Source: Eukaryota sp. TZLM1-RC (Eukaryota; Protista; Metamonada: BaSk clade). Taken from it: 64,000 bases of DNA. A program made the translations under genes and the position numbers. Shown here piece after piece: positions 36,240 to 46,805 of the stretch; the stretch's first letter is position 1; every line of letters starts with the position of its first letter. Location of the stretch: positions 3,224,001-3,288,000 of the forward strand of contig JAUPSS010000001.1 in assembly GCA_040285825.1 (NCBI GenBank), read 5' to 3'. The notes beneath the pieces were generated by a model. It had not been told where the DNA came from and searched no databases. It worked only from the letters and a program-made list of their open reading frames with translations.

Positions 36240-37217
36240 TCAAATTGAGTTAGAACGCTGGCAACAAGTCTTAATCAAAAAGAAGAAAGCTACCAAAGGC
36301 ATGCACAAGAAAATTATAATAGCCCAATTCAATAGCCGAAATCCCCAATCACGTAACGAATCATCACTGAAATAAGAAACAGAAGGACAAAACAAACTCT
36401 GAGCGGGAAAATGAAACAAACCAATCTGTCCCAATACTTGGTTCATTACCACCTTGCAGTATCCACGTGGCCTGGTCATATTCGTCACGTGAGATGGCAC
36501 AATTTTGATCCAGAGAATTACAGAAAAAAGTACACTGTTCCAAATCATGAACAAACAACTCGAATATCATGCACAGAGTGGATTCCTGAACAACACCTTG
36601 TCTAGAGTGAGAATGAATTCAAAGTAGCGGATCACTTACCGTGCATTGTGGAGAACCATGTTAAAGTGTGGCATGGACTCATGAAGCGTAAATGATAGAG
36701 GAACCTCACAGTCTGTTTCCCTGCAATGGTAGAGTGGTTCAAAACTTTCTTGATCTTTCCAATTGTTATACTCTCTTAAGTTTGGGAATAAAATGAGGTT
36801 GCTGAAAACAGGATCAAAGGTGGCGTTTATTTGACTGCCTTCGTTAAGGTAAAACCGATAGCGAGACTCTGCTCCTGAACCCAGGTACACATAATGACAA
36901 GCCTGGAAGCTGGGCCATTGAACAAGATGTGGAGTTGAGGGACAAGACCAGAGAGTTGCATTAGTGGTAGTGGATTGTTGCATTTCCAAATTTTCTTCAA
37001 AGCTAATGTCCAAAACTTGAGTTGTGTAATCAAAAGCAACTAGAGTAACGCCTGAATGATTGTAAGCATGAAGAAACAACAAAACACCTCCAGCAAGAAA
37101 CATGAGAAAAGGAATGACAGGTACAAGTTTAAGAGGACCTGGTAAATCGCCTCCCCCACCAAACTCCCCTAAAGAGAAAGATCGTCGAGACCTCCTAGCG
37201 GAGCGGGAACGAGGCAT
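36240..37217 (-). CDS. Two-TM membrane protein with 3 exons (introns 36602-36639 and 36367-36397); lumenal region resembles the APD1-4-type middle domain, no RING
   Basis: The 38-nt GTAAGT..TCTCACTCTAG and 31-nt GTTTGT..TCTTATTTCAG introns join ORFs 36636-37217, 36364-36570 and 36240-36554 in frame. TM helices near both termini. FYLNEGSQINATF resembles the YLNxGSQINI motif of APD-type proteins (tentative). Confidence 0.75.
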
Positions 37218-37462
37218 AAGTGAAGGAGTAAGTGGACAGAGTTGTTGTCCGTAGAATATCGGTCCAACAATGATTCATTGATCGAAATGATTTACAAACC
37301 TTTATCAATCGATCTTCCCCTCTCTTGCTCAACGACAACATCATGTGAGAAACTTGACTTCCTTCTCCAACATCGCCTTGTTTGCGCCTGTTCTTAGTTA
37401 GTTTTCACTGGTTCATGATGTTTAAATTTTCTGCGTATTCAGTATTGTTCATTTTTTCCCTA

Positions 37463-40400
37463 ATGCAACGTTTACTCTGTGTCTCTCTCCTACTCTGTTT
37501 ATACGTTTCAGCCCACTTGAGGTCCGGAAACCTTGAATTTGACTCTTCTGTCTCTACACCCTTTGGTTCTTCCTCTTCTAACGGAGAACTTCTTGTTATT
37601 GACTGGAAGTCTTCAACTAAGGACATAGACCCTCCTCCCAAAGGTTCTGCTCTCCTTGGTGACTTTATATCTGCCGGAAAACAGCTCGTAAAGGTCCTTT
37701 CTGCTGAAGAGTTCTACTCTTACCTCTCCCGTAACCACCTTGTCTCTGCTTTCCTTACCCCTAACCTCAAACTCGACCCTCAACTTTTAGACTTTAATGA
37801 AGACTGTCTTTCTATTAACGTGGAACTTATCTCTCCAATTTCCAACCTTAATGGCACTCTTTCTCAACTCTATTTACTCACTGGAACCTCTGAGTTGACT
37901 TTACTTGACCATTCTGAAAATTCTTTAGTTTTCAGTTTTTGTTCATCTTTTTCTGATATACTTAATGGTATAGCTTCTCATTCTAATGTTACATGGATAG
38001 ACCCACATGTAGAATATGAACCTTCAAACTGCCATGCTTCTGCTTTAATTGAAGGTAATTCAAATGGTCCCTCCCCTGTTTCTGGTTCCAATTGTCCTAA
38101 TGAAGAGCGCTCTTCACAACCCCAATATTTTCCGTTTGCAGCAAAAGGAATTACTGGCAATAATGAAATTGTAACAGTAATTGATAGTGGAGTTGATACA
38201 AATCATTGTTTTTTTAAAGATGAAAATAATATAATTGAAAAGGGAAACCTTCGGTCATCAATATCACGTGCTAGGGGTTCAAAACATCGGAAAGTGGTTT
38301 TTTATGATGACGAGTTAGGGGATGGTGCTGACGTCATCAATCATGGAACTCACGTGACTGGTACGGTTGCAGGGAAATCTATTGGTAATAACTTGTGGAA
38401 TTCTGCTCACGGTGTAGCTCCCGATTCCAAAGTAATCATTATTGATACCAATCGACCCCCATCAAATGGGTTATCAATCCCACGTGATTTGATTGGTAGA
38501 TGGCTAGAACCTGCCTATTCTGTCGGCTCTCGTATTATTTCTAATTCTTGGGGATCTAGATTAGCTACTTCTCCTTACACTAGTGACTCTGCGCTTTGGG
38601 ATCGATTTGTGTACAATAATAGAGAAGCTTTGGTTGTCTTTGCTGCTGGTAATTCTGGTGGTAGTGGAACTAGGACGATTGGTGCTGCTGCTACTGCTAA
38701 AAACGTTTTAACAGTTGGAGCTAGTATTACCTCTAGAAATGGGGTTTCTGGAACTTGTGCTGTTTCTAGTAGCATTTGCAGATCTTTTGGTATTTGGAAT
38801 AGTCCAGAAGAAAGAGCAAATGAAAATGTAGTTGCATCTTTCTCTTCAAGGGGATTCACTGATTATGGGGGTATTAAACCTGATGTGGTTTCCACGGGAC
38901 TTCCCTTGACTTCTGCCAATCCAGGAACTAATTGTGGGGTAATAATGAAAGCTGGTACTTCAATGGCAGCACCCACAGTTGCTGGAGCTGCGGCTTTATT
39001 AAGGGAATATTTAAATAATAATGATATCAAACCCACTGCTTCTTTATTAAGAAGTCTAATTATAGGTTCTGCTGTCCCTTTAAATGATAATAGTGGTAAA
39101 GTTAATTGGGGTAATAACAAGTGGGTAGACTTGGATGAAGCTCCCTCCTCTGTTTATGGTTATGGCAGGGTTAATTTAAAACCTTTATTCGAATCTGTTG
39201 TGGTTTCTAATGAAGATCATGAAATTTCTAATTCAAATCCTATTAAATCACATTGTTTTAAAACTAATTCTAATGGTAAAGTTATTGTTACCTTAGCTTG
39301 GACAGACCCCCAAGCTTTTGCAGGTTGTCAGGATTGTATAATTAATCCCTTAGAATTAATTATTTTGGATTCTTCAGGAAAAGAAATTTCTAATTTGAAT
39401 AAGCCATTTAGACATTCCACTTCTGATAGATTAATTATTCCTTCAGCAGCTGGTAATTATCAAATTTTAATTAAGGGAAATGGCTTATCTTCGAGTCAAA
39501 CTTATTCCTTATCAGTGATTGGTGACGTGGATTTGATTGATTGCGATTCTTGTCCTGATAATTGTAATAATAATGGCCAATGTTTAAACGGAATTTGTAA
39601 ATGTAATTCAGGAAATTTACTTAATTGTGGTGAATCTTGTCCTAATTCTTGTTCTAATCAAGGTAAATGTATTAATGGTTTTTGTTCTTGTGAATTTCCC
39701 TTTTTTGGTCATGATTGCTCCTTATACCACGCTATTGGGGATAATGCGGTTACTATTAGAGATCTTGATTACCACGAATTACCATTAATTAAGGGAATTT
39801 CTAATTATAAGCCAGGAATAGATGTGGTTTGGAGGGTTTTGAATCCTTCAGGACTTGATTTAAAACTAAATATTGCCAATATAAATCTTGCAGAAGGGCA
39901 TTATCTTTCTATTTATTCCGAATCTGGCTCTACAAGAACTTTAATTAGCACAATTAAAGATGGAAATGACCAAATTTTCACTATTTCCACCAATATTAGA
40001 GTTGTTTTTACTGCAAATTCTCAAGGTTTTTCTAAGGGTTTTGATTTGTTCCTTGGAAATTCCCCTAAACCCCAACCGAAACCTACTTATTGTAAGGAAA
40101 AAACCATTATTGAGAAGGAAAAGGATTCTTTTGGTGTAGAGGGAAAAGCTGATTGTACTTGGCAATTACCTTTATTAGAAAACAATTTAGTTGAATTAAA
40201 TTTAACAAATGTTTTCCTTAAAAGTGGTGATTTAATTGATGTTAATTGGAAATGGAACAATCACAAGTTAAGACTTGCCAGAATCTCTTCATCAACAGAA
40301 CGTCGAGTCTTCCATTCTTTGTACCCTCTTTCTGTGCACTTTGTCTCTTCGAATAATGACTCAACTTTTTCAGCAAGTTTTAACAATATTCATAGAGATT

Positions 40401-41260
40401 TGTGTCCAAAAAGAATTAGTTCTCAATATTGTAGAAATTATTTAAATGATTCAGAAAAAGAAAATTCTATTTGCAGTGGTAAAGTTGATTTAGCTGGTAA
40501 TTCTGGAAAATTTAAAGGCGTCACTGGTGATGATGACTGCACTTGGACCTTACCTTTAGAAATTAATGCTGTTTTTGAATTAAATCTAACAAATGTGGTA
40601 ATTCCAAGTAATTCAAATGGAATTGATGTACTTTGGAAATGGGGTAATCATGCTTTATTATTTGAAAGAATTAGAACAAGTACTTCTTTAAGAATTCTTC
40701 ATTCAGTTTTCCCATTATCTATATCAATTCCTTCAAATAACAAGGGAATTTCTTTTGATTCAAGCTTTAGAAACTTTGATAGAACCAAATGTCCCTCAAG
40801 AATTCCATCTCATCATTGCAGGAATGCCTTGTCAATAGCTAGCGCCTCATTCAACCAAAGAAGAAATCAACTTGTGGTTGTTTTCTCGGATTCAATTATA
40901 TCCAGGAAAATTAGTATTGACTGTGGATTAGTTTTTGAAGGTGTAAAAGGTCAATGTTTTGTAGAAGGAAATGAAGTAACTGCTAACTTGGAGTCTCCAC
41001 TTTCTAATTCCAGTGTTGCTTTGGTTCAAAATGATTTATGGCAAGCTGCGGTTTTAGATGTAAATGTAGTTGACGATAGCATCAGTTTTTCTTTGTTTGT
41101 GGTATTTGGTTTTGGCGTATTGATTGTTCTTGTAGCTCTAGCTGTCTATTTTTGCAGAAAGCCAAGCCCGAAACCAGTAATAGTTGATCCTCCCCATGGT
41201 GATGTTAGTTGCCATCGTTTTATGTGTAAATCCATGAATAGATGTTTTTGTAGCGTTTAG
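37463..41260 (+). CDS. Membrane-anchored subtilisin-like S8 protease with EGF and CUB-like domains, copy 2
   Basis: From MQRLLCV (37463), 1265 aa, with about 16 substitutions relative to copy 1 and an intact catalytic triad. Confidence 0.93.
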   Translation: MQRLLCVSLLLCLYVSAHLRSGNLEFDSSVSTPFGSSSSNGELLVIDWKSSTKDIDPPPKGSALLGDFISAGKQLVKVLSAEEFYSYLSRNHLVSAFLTPNLKLDPQLLDFNEDCLSINVELISPISNLNGTLSQLYLLTGTSELTLLDHSENSLVFSFCSSFSDILNGIASHSNVTWIDPHVEYEPSNCHASALIEGNSNGPSPVSGSNCPNEERSSQPQYFPFAAKGITGNNEIVTVIDSGVDTNHCFFKDENNIIEKGNLRSSISRARGSKHRKVVFYDDELGDGADVINHGTHVTGTVAGKSIGNNLWNSAHGVAPDSKVIIIDTNRPPSNGLSIPRDLIGRWLEPAYSVGSRIISNSWGSRLATSPYTSDSALWDRFVYNNREALVVFAAGNSGGSGTRTIGAAATAKNVLTVGASITSRNGVSGTCAVSSSICRSFGIWNSPEERANENVVASFSSRGFTDYGGIKPDVVSTGLPLTSANPGTNCGVIMKAGTSMAAPTVAGAAALLREYLNNNDIKPTASLLRSLIIGSAVPLNDNSGKVNWGNNKWVDLDEAPSSVYGYGRVNLKPLFESVVVSNEDHEISNSNPIKSHCFKTNSNGKVIVTLAWTDPQAFAGCQDCIINPLELIILDSSGKEISNLNKPFRHSTSDRLIIPSAAGNYQILIKGNGLSSSQTYSLSVIGDVDLIDCDSCPDNCNNNGQCLNGICKCNSGNLLNCGESCPNSCSNQGKCINGFCSCEFPFFGHDCSLYHAIGDNAVTIRDLDYHELPLIKGISNYKPGIDVVWRVLNPSGLDLKLNIANINLAEGHYLSIYSESGSTRTLISTIKDGNDQIFTISTNIRVVFTANSQGFSKGFDLFLGNSPKPQPKPTYCKEKTIIEKEKDSFGVEGKADCTWQLPLLENNLVELNLTNVFLKSGDLIDVNWKWNNHKLRLARISSSTERRVFHSLYPLSVHFVSSNNDSTFSASFNNIHRDLCPKRISSQYCRNYLNDSEKENSICSGKVDLAGNSGKFKGVTGDDDCTWTLPLEINAVFELNLTNVVIPSNSNGIDVLWKWGNHALLFERIRTSTSLRILHSVFPLSISIPSNNKGISFDSSFRNFDRTKCPSRIPSHHCRNALSIASASFNQRRNQLVVVFSDSIISRKISIDCGLVFEGVKGQCFVEGNEVTANLESPLSNSSVALVQNDLWQAAVLDVNVVDDSISFSLFVVFGFGVLIVLVALAVYFCRKPSPKPVIVDPPHGDVSCHRFMCKSMNRCFCSV

Positions 41261-41722
41261 GTGTAAATAAATTTTGGTTTGTTTTTTTTGGTTTTTTGGA
41301 TGTTTTAAATTGTATTAATGAATGAAATCCTTTAATAATGAGTTCATTTTTGATGACGTGTTAATTGTTGATTGTCGGTTATTCTGGTGGAAAACCACCA
41401 GTCCTAACCTTGGCAGAGTGGAATTCATTCCACATTCTTGTTCCATTTCAGTTTCCACTTTGATTTTGGAAAAAAAATCTATCTCCTTCCAACTTCCTCT
41501 GGGGCGAAAAGAGAGTTGCCATCATTCATATATGTTCAGTTGGTACTGAGTATACTGCTGACAAGGTGTTTCCATTTCGAGTCCTATTTCTATAGAAATC
41601 ATTCCATTTCTGGTATGAGATGAAAAGGAATGAAATTGCGAAAATCCAAATCTTAATAAATATGAGTTTTGTGTATTAATTGGCATTATTTCAAACACCA
41701 AAATTGCATCTTCCCTGCACCA

Positions 41723-42406
41723 ATGGCCAATGAATGGCATGACTATGATTCAGTTTCTTCTGCACTTGCTGAGAACCTAACGGCAACCGATCTTTCTAAA
41801 AGACCAGGTCCGGGCGGGAGCACCTTAACCTACCTTGAAGGGTGGAAAGTTGTACGCAAAGCCAATGAAATATTTGGCTTTGATGGATGGACTACTGAAG
41901 TTCGCAATATCGAAGTTGATTACATTGACGAAAATAATGGCCGCTTCTCTTGTGGTGTTTCTGCCCTTCTGCGTGTAGCCCTGAAAACTGGTTCATATCA
42001 CGAGGACATTGGTTACGGTACTGCTGAATCCCAGAGAAGCCGTGGAAGTGCTCTGAGTCTCGCCAAGAAGGAAGCCATTACTGACGGAGTAAAGAGGGCA
42101 CTCCGTTATTTTGGCAGTGCACTGGGAAACTCTGTTTATGATAAAGATCATATTAAAGATGTGTGGAGGGCTCCTCAGGCCATGACTTTCTCTAAATGTG
42201 AACCAAGTACAAATACAAATGGGAATACAGATGCCAATATCACTTCAAACCCCAATAGCAATTTAAATGTAAATTCAAATATTCATAAGAGTTTAGCAAA
42301 GGTAAAACCACAAGATTTAGATAGCAATACTGAAAGACTTCGCTTGGATCGAGCTTTGAGACCAAAACCAAGCCTAAATGCACCGTTAATGAAACTTCCA
42401 AGGTAA
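41723..42406 (+). CDS. RAD52: Rad52/Rad22 family DNA annealing protein
   Basis: SKRPGPGG..LTYLEGWKV..ANEIFGFDGW, HEDIGYG and AKKEAITDGVKRALRYFGSALGN..YDK. Likely start MANEW at 41723. A possible 40-nt terminal intron (42403-42442) would change the end to PSVF. Confidence 0.93.
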   Translation: MANEWHDYDSVSSALAENLTATDLSKRPGPGGSTLTYLEGWKVVRKANEIFGFDGWTTEVRNIEVDYIDENNGRFSCGVSALLRVALKTGSYHEDIGYGTAESQRSRGSALSLAKKEAITDGVKRALRYFGSALGNSVYDKDHIKDVWRAPQAMTFSKCEPSTNTNGNTDANITSNPNSNLNVNSNIHKSLAKVKPQDLDSNTERLRLDRALRPKPSLNAPLMKLPR

Positions 42407-42789
42407 TTTCTGTGTTTCGAGTTAACTCAAATGTTGACTCAGCGTGTTTTGATTTTTCTGTTGTTGTTGTTGTTGTTATTGACATTTTTTGGTTTTGTTT
42501 CCAACAGAGCATCATCATCAATTTTTGTTATTGTTAATTTATCTAAATTGTACACTTAACTAATTAATTTAGGGTTACTCTTTTTGCAGTTATTTTTGGT
42601 GTTTTTGTTGGATGTTACGTGGCATGTTGTTCTAATTTTTCTTAATCAATTTACTTAATTTTGGTTATCCCGACATTCACAGATTGTTAAACTTGTTGCT
42701 TTTTTCAATAAACATGTATTTCAAGTTACCAACTAAATACTTCAAATTTATTAAACAAAAACAATAAAATACATGAATTAGAACCTAAA

Positions 42790-44766
42790 TTAGAGCTTCA
42801 ACAAGGCCAAACCTCCGTCCAAACCAGAAGCGATTAAGTGGCTCTTGTTATGAGTGAAAGACAACCCACTTACTGCTTTGCTCAAACAATCAAACTCTCC
42901 TTCAACTTCACTTGTGTCATAATCCAACACACAAACATGACCAGATCGATGTCCAATAGCCAGGGTGGAATCATCACTGCTAATGGCGAGGCAAGTTAAT
43001 TCACCATCCATCTCTACTTGCCTCAACTCTTCAAAAGTAACTGCATCCCAATACCTAACCAAACAGTCAAAGGAAACGGTAACAATTTGCGTTGCGTCTG
43101 AGGTCACTGCGAGATCAGAAAATGCTGTGGGTGCGGTGAGAGAACCCATTCGCTTCATTTCATCAAGGTCAATTAAAACTATTGATCCATCTTCAGAAGC
43201 TGAGCACAGTATATTTTGTTCGAGTTTAAGGGAATTTACGACAGATCTGTGCTCTTTAAAAGAATGAATTAATTGTGGAGAATTAGAAAACTTCCAAATT
43301 CTGATGAGCGAGTCCACGCCTGCTGTAATGATATAATCATCAGTAACTAACAACGAAGTAACACCTCCAGGCTTTGAATGTTTACCAACCATAATCTCAG
43401 CCTTATGGGCATTTTGAATACTAAACAAGAGCTTGCCGCTTTCAGGTGCAAAGCCTCTCACATTACCATCAGACCAACCGGAAACGATGACGTCACCGTT
43501 TGGACTTATTGCAGCAGAAAGGACATCTACACCTGGGCAACAAATGCGTAAACGTTCTTTTAACAAGGGGGTAACAACCTGAGCTTTTCTCGTCACCTCA
43601 CGTGACCCTTGACGATTTTTGACCGTTCTTGACTTTCCTTGACCATGATTTGCTGGTTTTTCTAGTATATTAGTCCACAAACGTACATCTGGCCCTCCTG
43701 CTGATAGAAAAACTAGCCCATAATCAGGAAGAATTGAAGGAAAAGAGCATGTGGTGATAGGGACGGGATGTGCCGTTGAGATCAGAGTAGATTCAATTTG
43801 ATCATTTAATGAGATTAAGTAAAAATTTGATTCACAGGTAGTTACCAAAAAGTCTTGGTCGGTCAAGCCAGTCTTGCATATTCCAAACACACCACCTACA
43901 ATTTTGACCTGCTTCTCTACCACAAAACTAGAAACGGTATTTCTACCTACTTTCTTCTCTACCTTCTTTAAAACGGCAACGGTACCTTCCCCTGTTCCTA
44001 CCACTACTTCATCTCTGTTAAGAGCAACACATGACGTCACACCACCTTGAAGAAGTGACTTGACTGGACCAGAGGCCTTAAGACGCATGGAAGAGAGAGA
44101 AATTTCTAACAAATCACCAGAAGATGTACCAGCAAACGCCACGTCACCAGTGTCGTCTCCGAGAATATCAAGAGAAATGATACTGCGGCGAATAGACCCC
44201 ATAGAGACTGGTTCTGATGTAAATCTTCGGGCTTCATTGTTGAACGTCCACACCAAAGCTTGTTCTACTCCAACTGTGAGAAATTCAATCTTGTCAGTTG
44301 ATGAGAGAGGTTTGACGATTGTTTGGGTAAAGCGGCCAAGGGAAGAAGAGGCAACGGCGGATATGTCACTAGACGTGAATTCCCACAATGCGATCAGGTT
44401 GTCATCTGGGCCACCAAGGGAAGCAATGTAGTTTCCGTCGTGAGAGAAGACAACCGATTCTACGCGTACTTTGTGGAGAGAGAGGCGTTGGACGATTGAG
44501 AAATCTTCGAGGTCCCATACGATGATGTCGGCAACAAAACCTGCATGGGTTTGTTGTCCAGATACAAGGTATCGGCCAGAAGGAGATAAAGAGAAGCAGG
44601 TGATGTCACCGGAATGGCCTCTTAAAACTTGTTTGAAATTGCGATCTGATGTGGAACGACATATCAGGTGAGCAGAAATTGTATAAATGTAATGATCGGA
44701 GTTAGGAATACATAGTATACCAGAAGGAACCTTGCCAGAGAGGCCAACTAGCTCTTCAAGTTGCAT
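42790..44766 (-). CDS. CFAP52: Cilia- and flagella-associated WD40 protein 52 (WDR16/FAP52)
   Basis: LRGHSGDITC..SPSGRYLVSGQQTHAGFVADIIVWD, LSLHKVRVE, ASLGGPDD, IVSGWSDG.VRGFAPESGKL and KEH..V match the CFAP52 pattern. Confidence 0.9.
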   Translation of the reverse strand: MQLEELVGLSGKVPSGILCIPNSDHYIYTISAHLICRSTSDRNFKQVLRGHSGDITCFSLSPSGRYLVSGQQTHAGFVADIIVWDLEDFSIVQRLSLHKVRVESVVFSHDGNYIASLGGPDDNLIALWEFTSSDISAVASSSLGRFTQTIVKPLSSTDKIEFLTVGVEQALVWTFNNEARRFTSEPVSMGSIRRSIISLDILGDDTGDVAFAGTSSGDLLEISLSSMRLKASGPVKSLLQGGVTSCVALNRDEVVVGTGEGTVAVLKKVEKKVGRNTVSSFVVEKQVKIVGGVFGICKTGLTDQDFLVTTCESNFYLISLNDQIESTLISTAHPVPITTCSFPSILPDYGLVFLSAGGPDVRLWTNILEKPANHGQGKSRTVKNRQGSREVTRKAQVVTPLLKERLRICCPGVDVLSAAISPNGDVIVSGWSDGNVRGFAPESGKLLFSIQNAHKAEIMVGKHSKPGGVTSLLVTDDYIITAGVDSLIRIWKFSNSPQLIHSFKEHRSVVNSLKLEQNILCSASEDGSIVLIDLDEMKRMGSLTAPTAFSDLAVTSDATQIVTVSFDCLVRYWDAVTFEELRQVEMDGELTCLAISSDDSTLAIGHRSGHVCVLDYDTSEVEGEFDCLSKAVSGLSFTHNKSHLIASGLDGGLALLKL

Positions 44767-45719
44767 GATGTAGTGTCTTAAAAATGGAATTAAAATGCTT
44801 TGAAAGAAATTAGCGGTTCAAGCACTCAATTACACGTATCTCATCTTTTCTCCTAGAGAATCTCGTTTATGGTTGTCTGATGGAGTAGAATGATAGGTAC
44901 ACCATGAGTGGTGGCATAAATGTGTTGCAAGCTGAGTATTTCACGTTGATTGTTAATTGATAAAATTGGTAATTAATAAAACCAATTTTATATATTTGGT
45001 TTTGGTTTTGGTGTAACTCTTTGTGCAACTCTAGTTAAACGTTTTGTAGGAATAACGAATCAATACACAACCAAAACACACACTCTCTAAGCCTTCTTTG
45101 TGACATCAGTGTCACACTAGTGCATTCTCGTGTAACAAAAATCATTCGTTGACTTCATGTCACAAAATAGCATTCAACCAGACTCCATTTTCTCAACAAG
45201 TAGTGATTTTGACGTGCTGTTGATTCAGAGATTTGTTGACACTTGTTTGTGTTAGCAGTGCACTAGTTTCAACAATGGGTGCATACATTCTACTAATTAG
45301 TGATCAAACAGGCCAAGTTATTTTAAAACACTATAAACATGAAGTAACACCGATTAAGTTTCAGTATTGATCAATATTTTGAACTATTCTTATGTTCCTC
45401 AACTTCAATTATCGCTGCTGTGATGAAGATAATTTAAGATATTTGGAGGCACTCCGCTCGTGGGACCAATCAAAACACCTGTACCTACGTCAGCACCATG
45501 CTTGACACATAGTGTTTCTTGACCAAAAACCATTCCATTTTACGTCATTTGTACCTTTCATAGAAGTTTTTAGAAGTCTCTGTAGGTACCTCACTACTGA
45601 CCTTCGAGCAACATTTCAAACAAAATAACAAACATCATAATAAAATTCTTTGCCACAAGAATAAATGCAAGAATAGACAAAATTAGTATATCGTACAAAA
45701 AATAAATTTTGCTCTTTGA

Positions 45720-45815
45720 AACATCCAGAAAAGATAAAGCAAGAGGTCCAAGCGTGCCATGAAGGGAAACTGCAAATGGACAGAGGACATAATGAGTATG
45801 CGATTCTGCATTCAA
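45720..45815 (-). mobile_element. Short family-E remnant
   Basis: YVLCPFAVSLHGTLGPLALSFLD. Confidence 0.65.
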
Positions 45816-45955
45816 GGATATTTGTCAATTTTGGCTTTTTCGGAAAAACAAAATTGTGCTCTTTGAAATAACAGAAAGTTTTCCTTCAAAACAAGAAAAA
45901 TCAAATTGTAAAAATCTCTTCATCAAGATAAGATTGAATCAGATATACATGTTTA

Positions 45956-46351
45956 TTACTGCAACTTAGACCTAATGTCTTCGCCAATCTTGTTGAGATC
46001 TTCCTTAGAGATTTCTTGAGAATTCCAAACAACTCCTAAACCTTGCTCACCTGACTTTGGAATCAGATGGAAATGAACATGAGGAACAAATTGATGTGCG
46101 CTCCGTCCATTGTTCTGAAGAATGTTGTATGAATCAAGGGCCATCGCTTTTGCGATTTTGTTAAGCAGGGTCATACAGTCTGATGCCTCATCGGGGGAAA
46201 GTTGATGGAAGAACTCGTGATGCTGTTTAGGGACAACCAGTAAATGTCCTTTTGATAGAGGAGAAACGTCAAGAAAGGCTATAGAAGAGGCACTTTCGTC
46301 GATCTTTACACATGGGATCTCCCCAGAGACAATTTTGCAGAAGATACACAT
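45956..46351 (-). CDS. HIT-family nucleotide hydrolase (HINT/Hnt1-like)
   Basis: MCIFCKIVSGEIP, AFLDVSPLSKGHLLVVPK.H and NNGRSAHQFVPHVHFHLIP (histidine triad). ATG at 46351. Confidence 0.93.
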   Translation of the reverse strand: MCIFCKIVSGEIPCVKIDESASSIAFLDVSPLSKGHLLVVPKQHHEFFHQLSPDEASDCMTLLNKIAKAMALDSYNILQNNGRSAHQFVPHVHFHLIPKSGEQGLGVVWNSQEISKEDLNKIGEDIRSKLQ

Positions 46352-46463
46352 TAGAACTGAGAGAGTTTGAAATTTTCTCAAACAAGAAACATCATATTTG
46401 TACCAGTTGCAATTTCAATTTTTGGAGTTAAAGGCAGTTGGTAATACTTCGTAAAGTCAGTAA

Positions 46464-46805
46464 TATAATTCTCTTTCAAATGCAGAAAGTTCCAAAATCA
46501 AAAAAAATATTGAAGCTTTGTTCAAATCGTCTACCCAACAGCACGCAAATCACAATTTGTATCCATTTGTATTTTTCCTATTGATTCACTGGCTCCCATT
46601 GTCTTACAATTTTTGGCAAATTGTAACTAATTGTTAAAATAACAACAAACAGAGATTGTAACATATTGTTCTGGCAGTGTAGAATTGCTTTCCATTTGTG
46701 GGGGATCTTGAAAAAGGTTTCTGATGTTTTTTATTGCTGGGATCTCACAATGAGGGAGTTGCATCTAGTTGTTTTGTTTTGGGAGAGATGAATTAATAGA
46801 TGTTG
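46464..46805 (+). mobile_element. Decayed family-B 3' segment, interrupted by a family-A insertion and resuming at 48581-48616
   Basis: Aligns to 51112-51460. The remainder (TTAGATGTTGAGTTATAAG..GAATAAA) follows the family-A copy. Confidence 0.8.

Larger units (their letters stand above)
30095..41611. repeat. Large inverted duplication: arms ~30095-34528 and 37181-~41611, with a 2.65-kb unique spacer
   Basis: The arms are reverse complements covering the subtilisin gene, its promoter and the first 12 codons of the neighbouring gene. The inner junction is sharp (TCTCGACGAT 34528 / ATCGTCGAGA 37181); the outer ~350 bp are visibly more diverged. Confidence 0.95.

Noticed and set aside
44800-45600. 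Coding-like spacer between CFAP52 and HINT (also 24540-24950 and 25680-26080)
   Set aside because: No sustained frame or recognisable motif; left unannotated.
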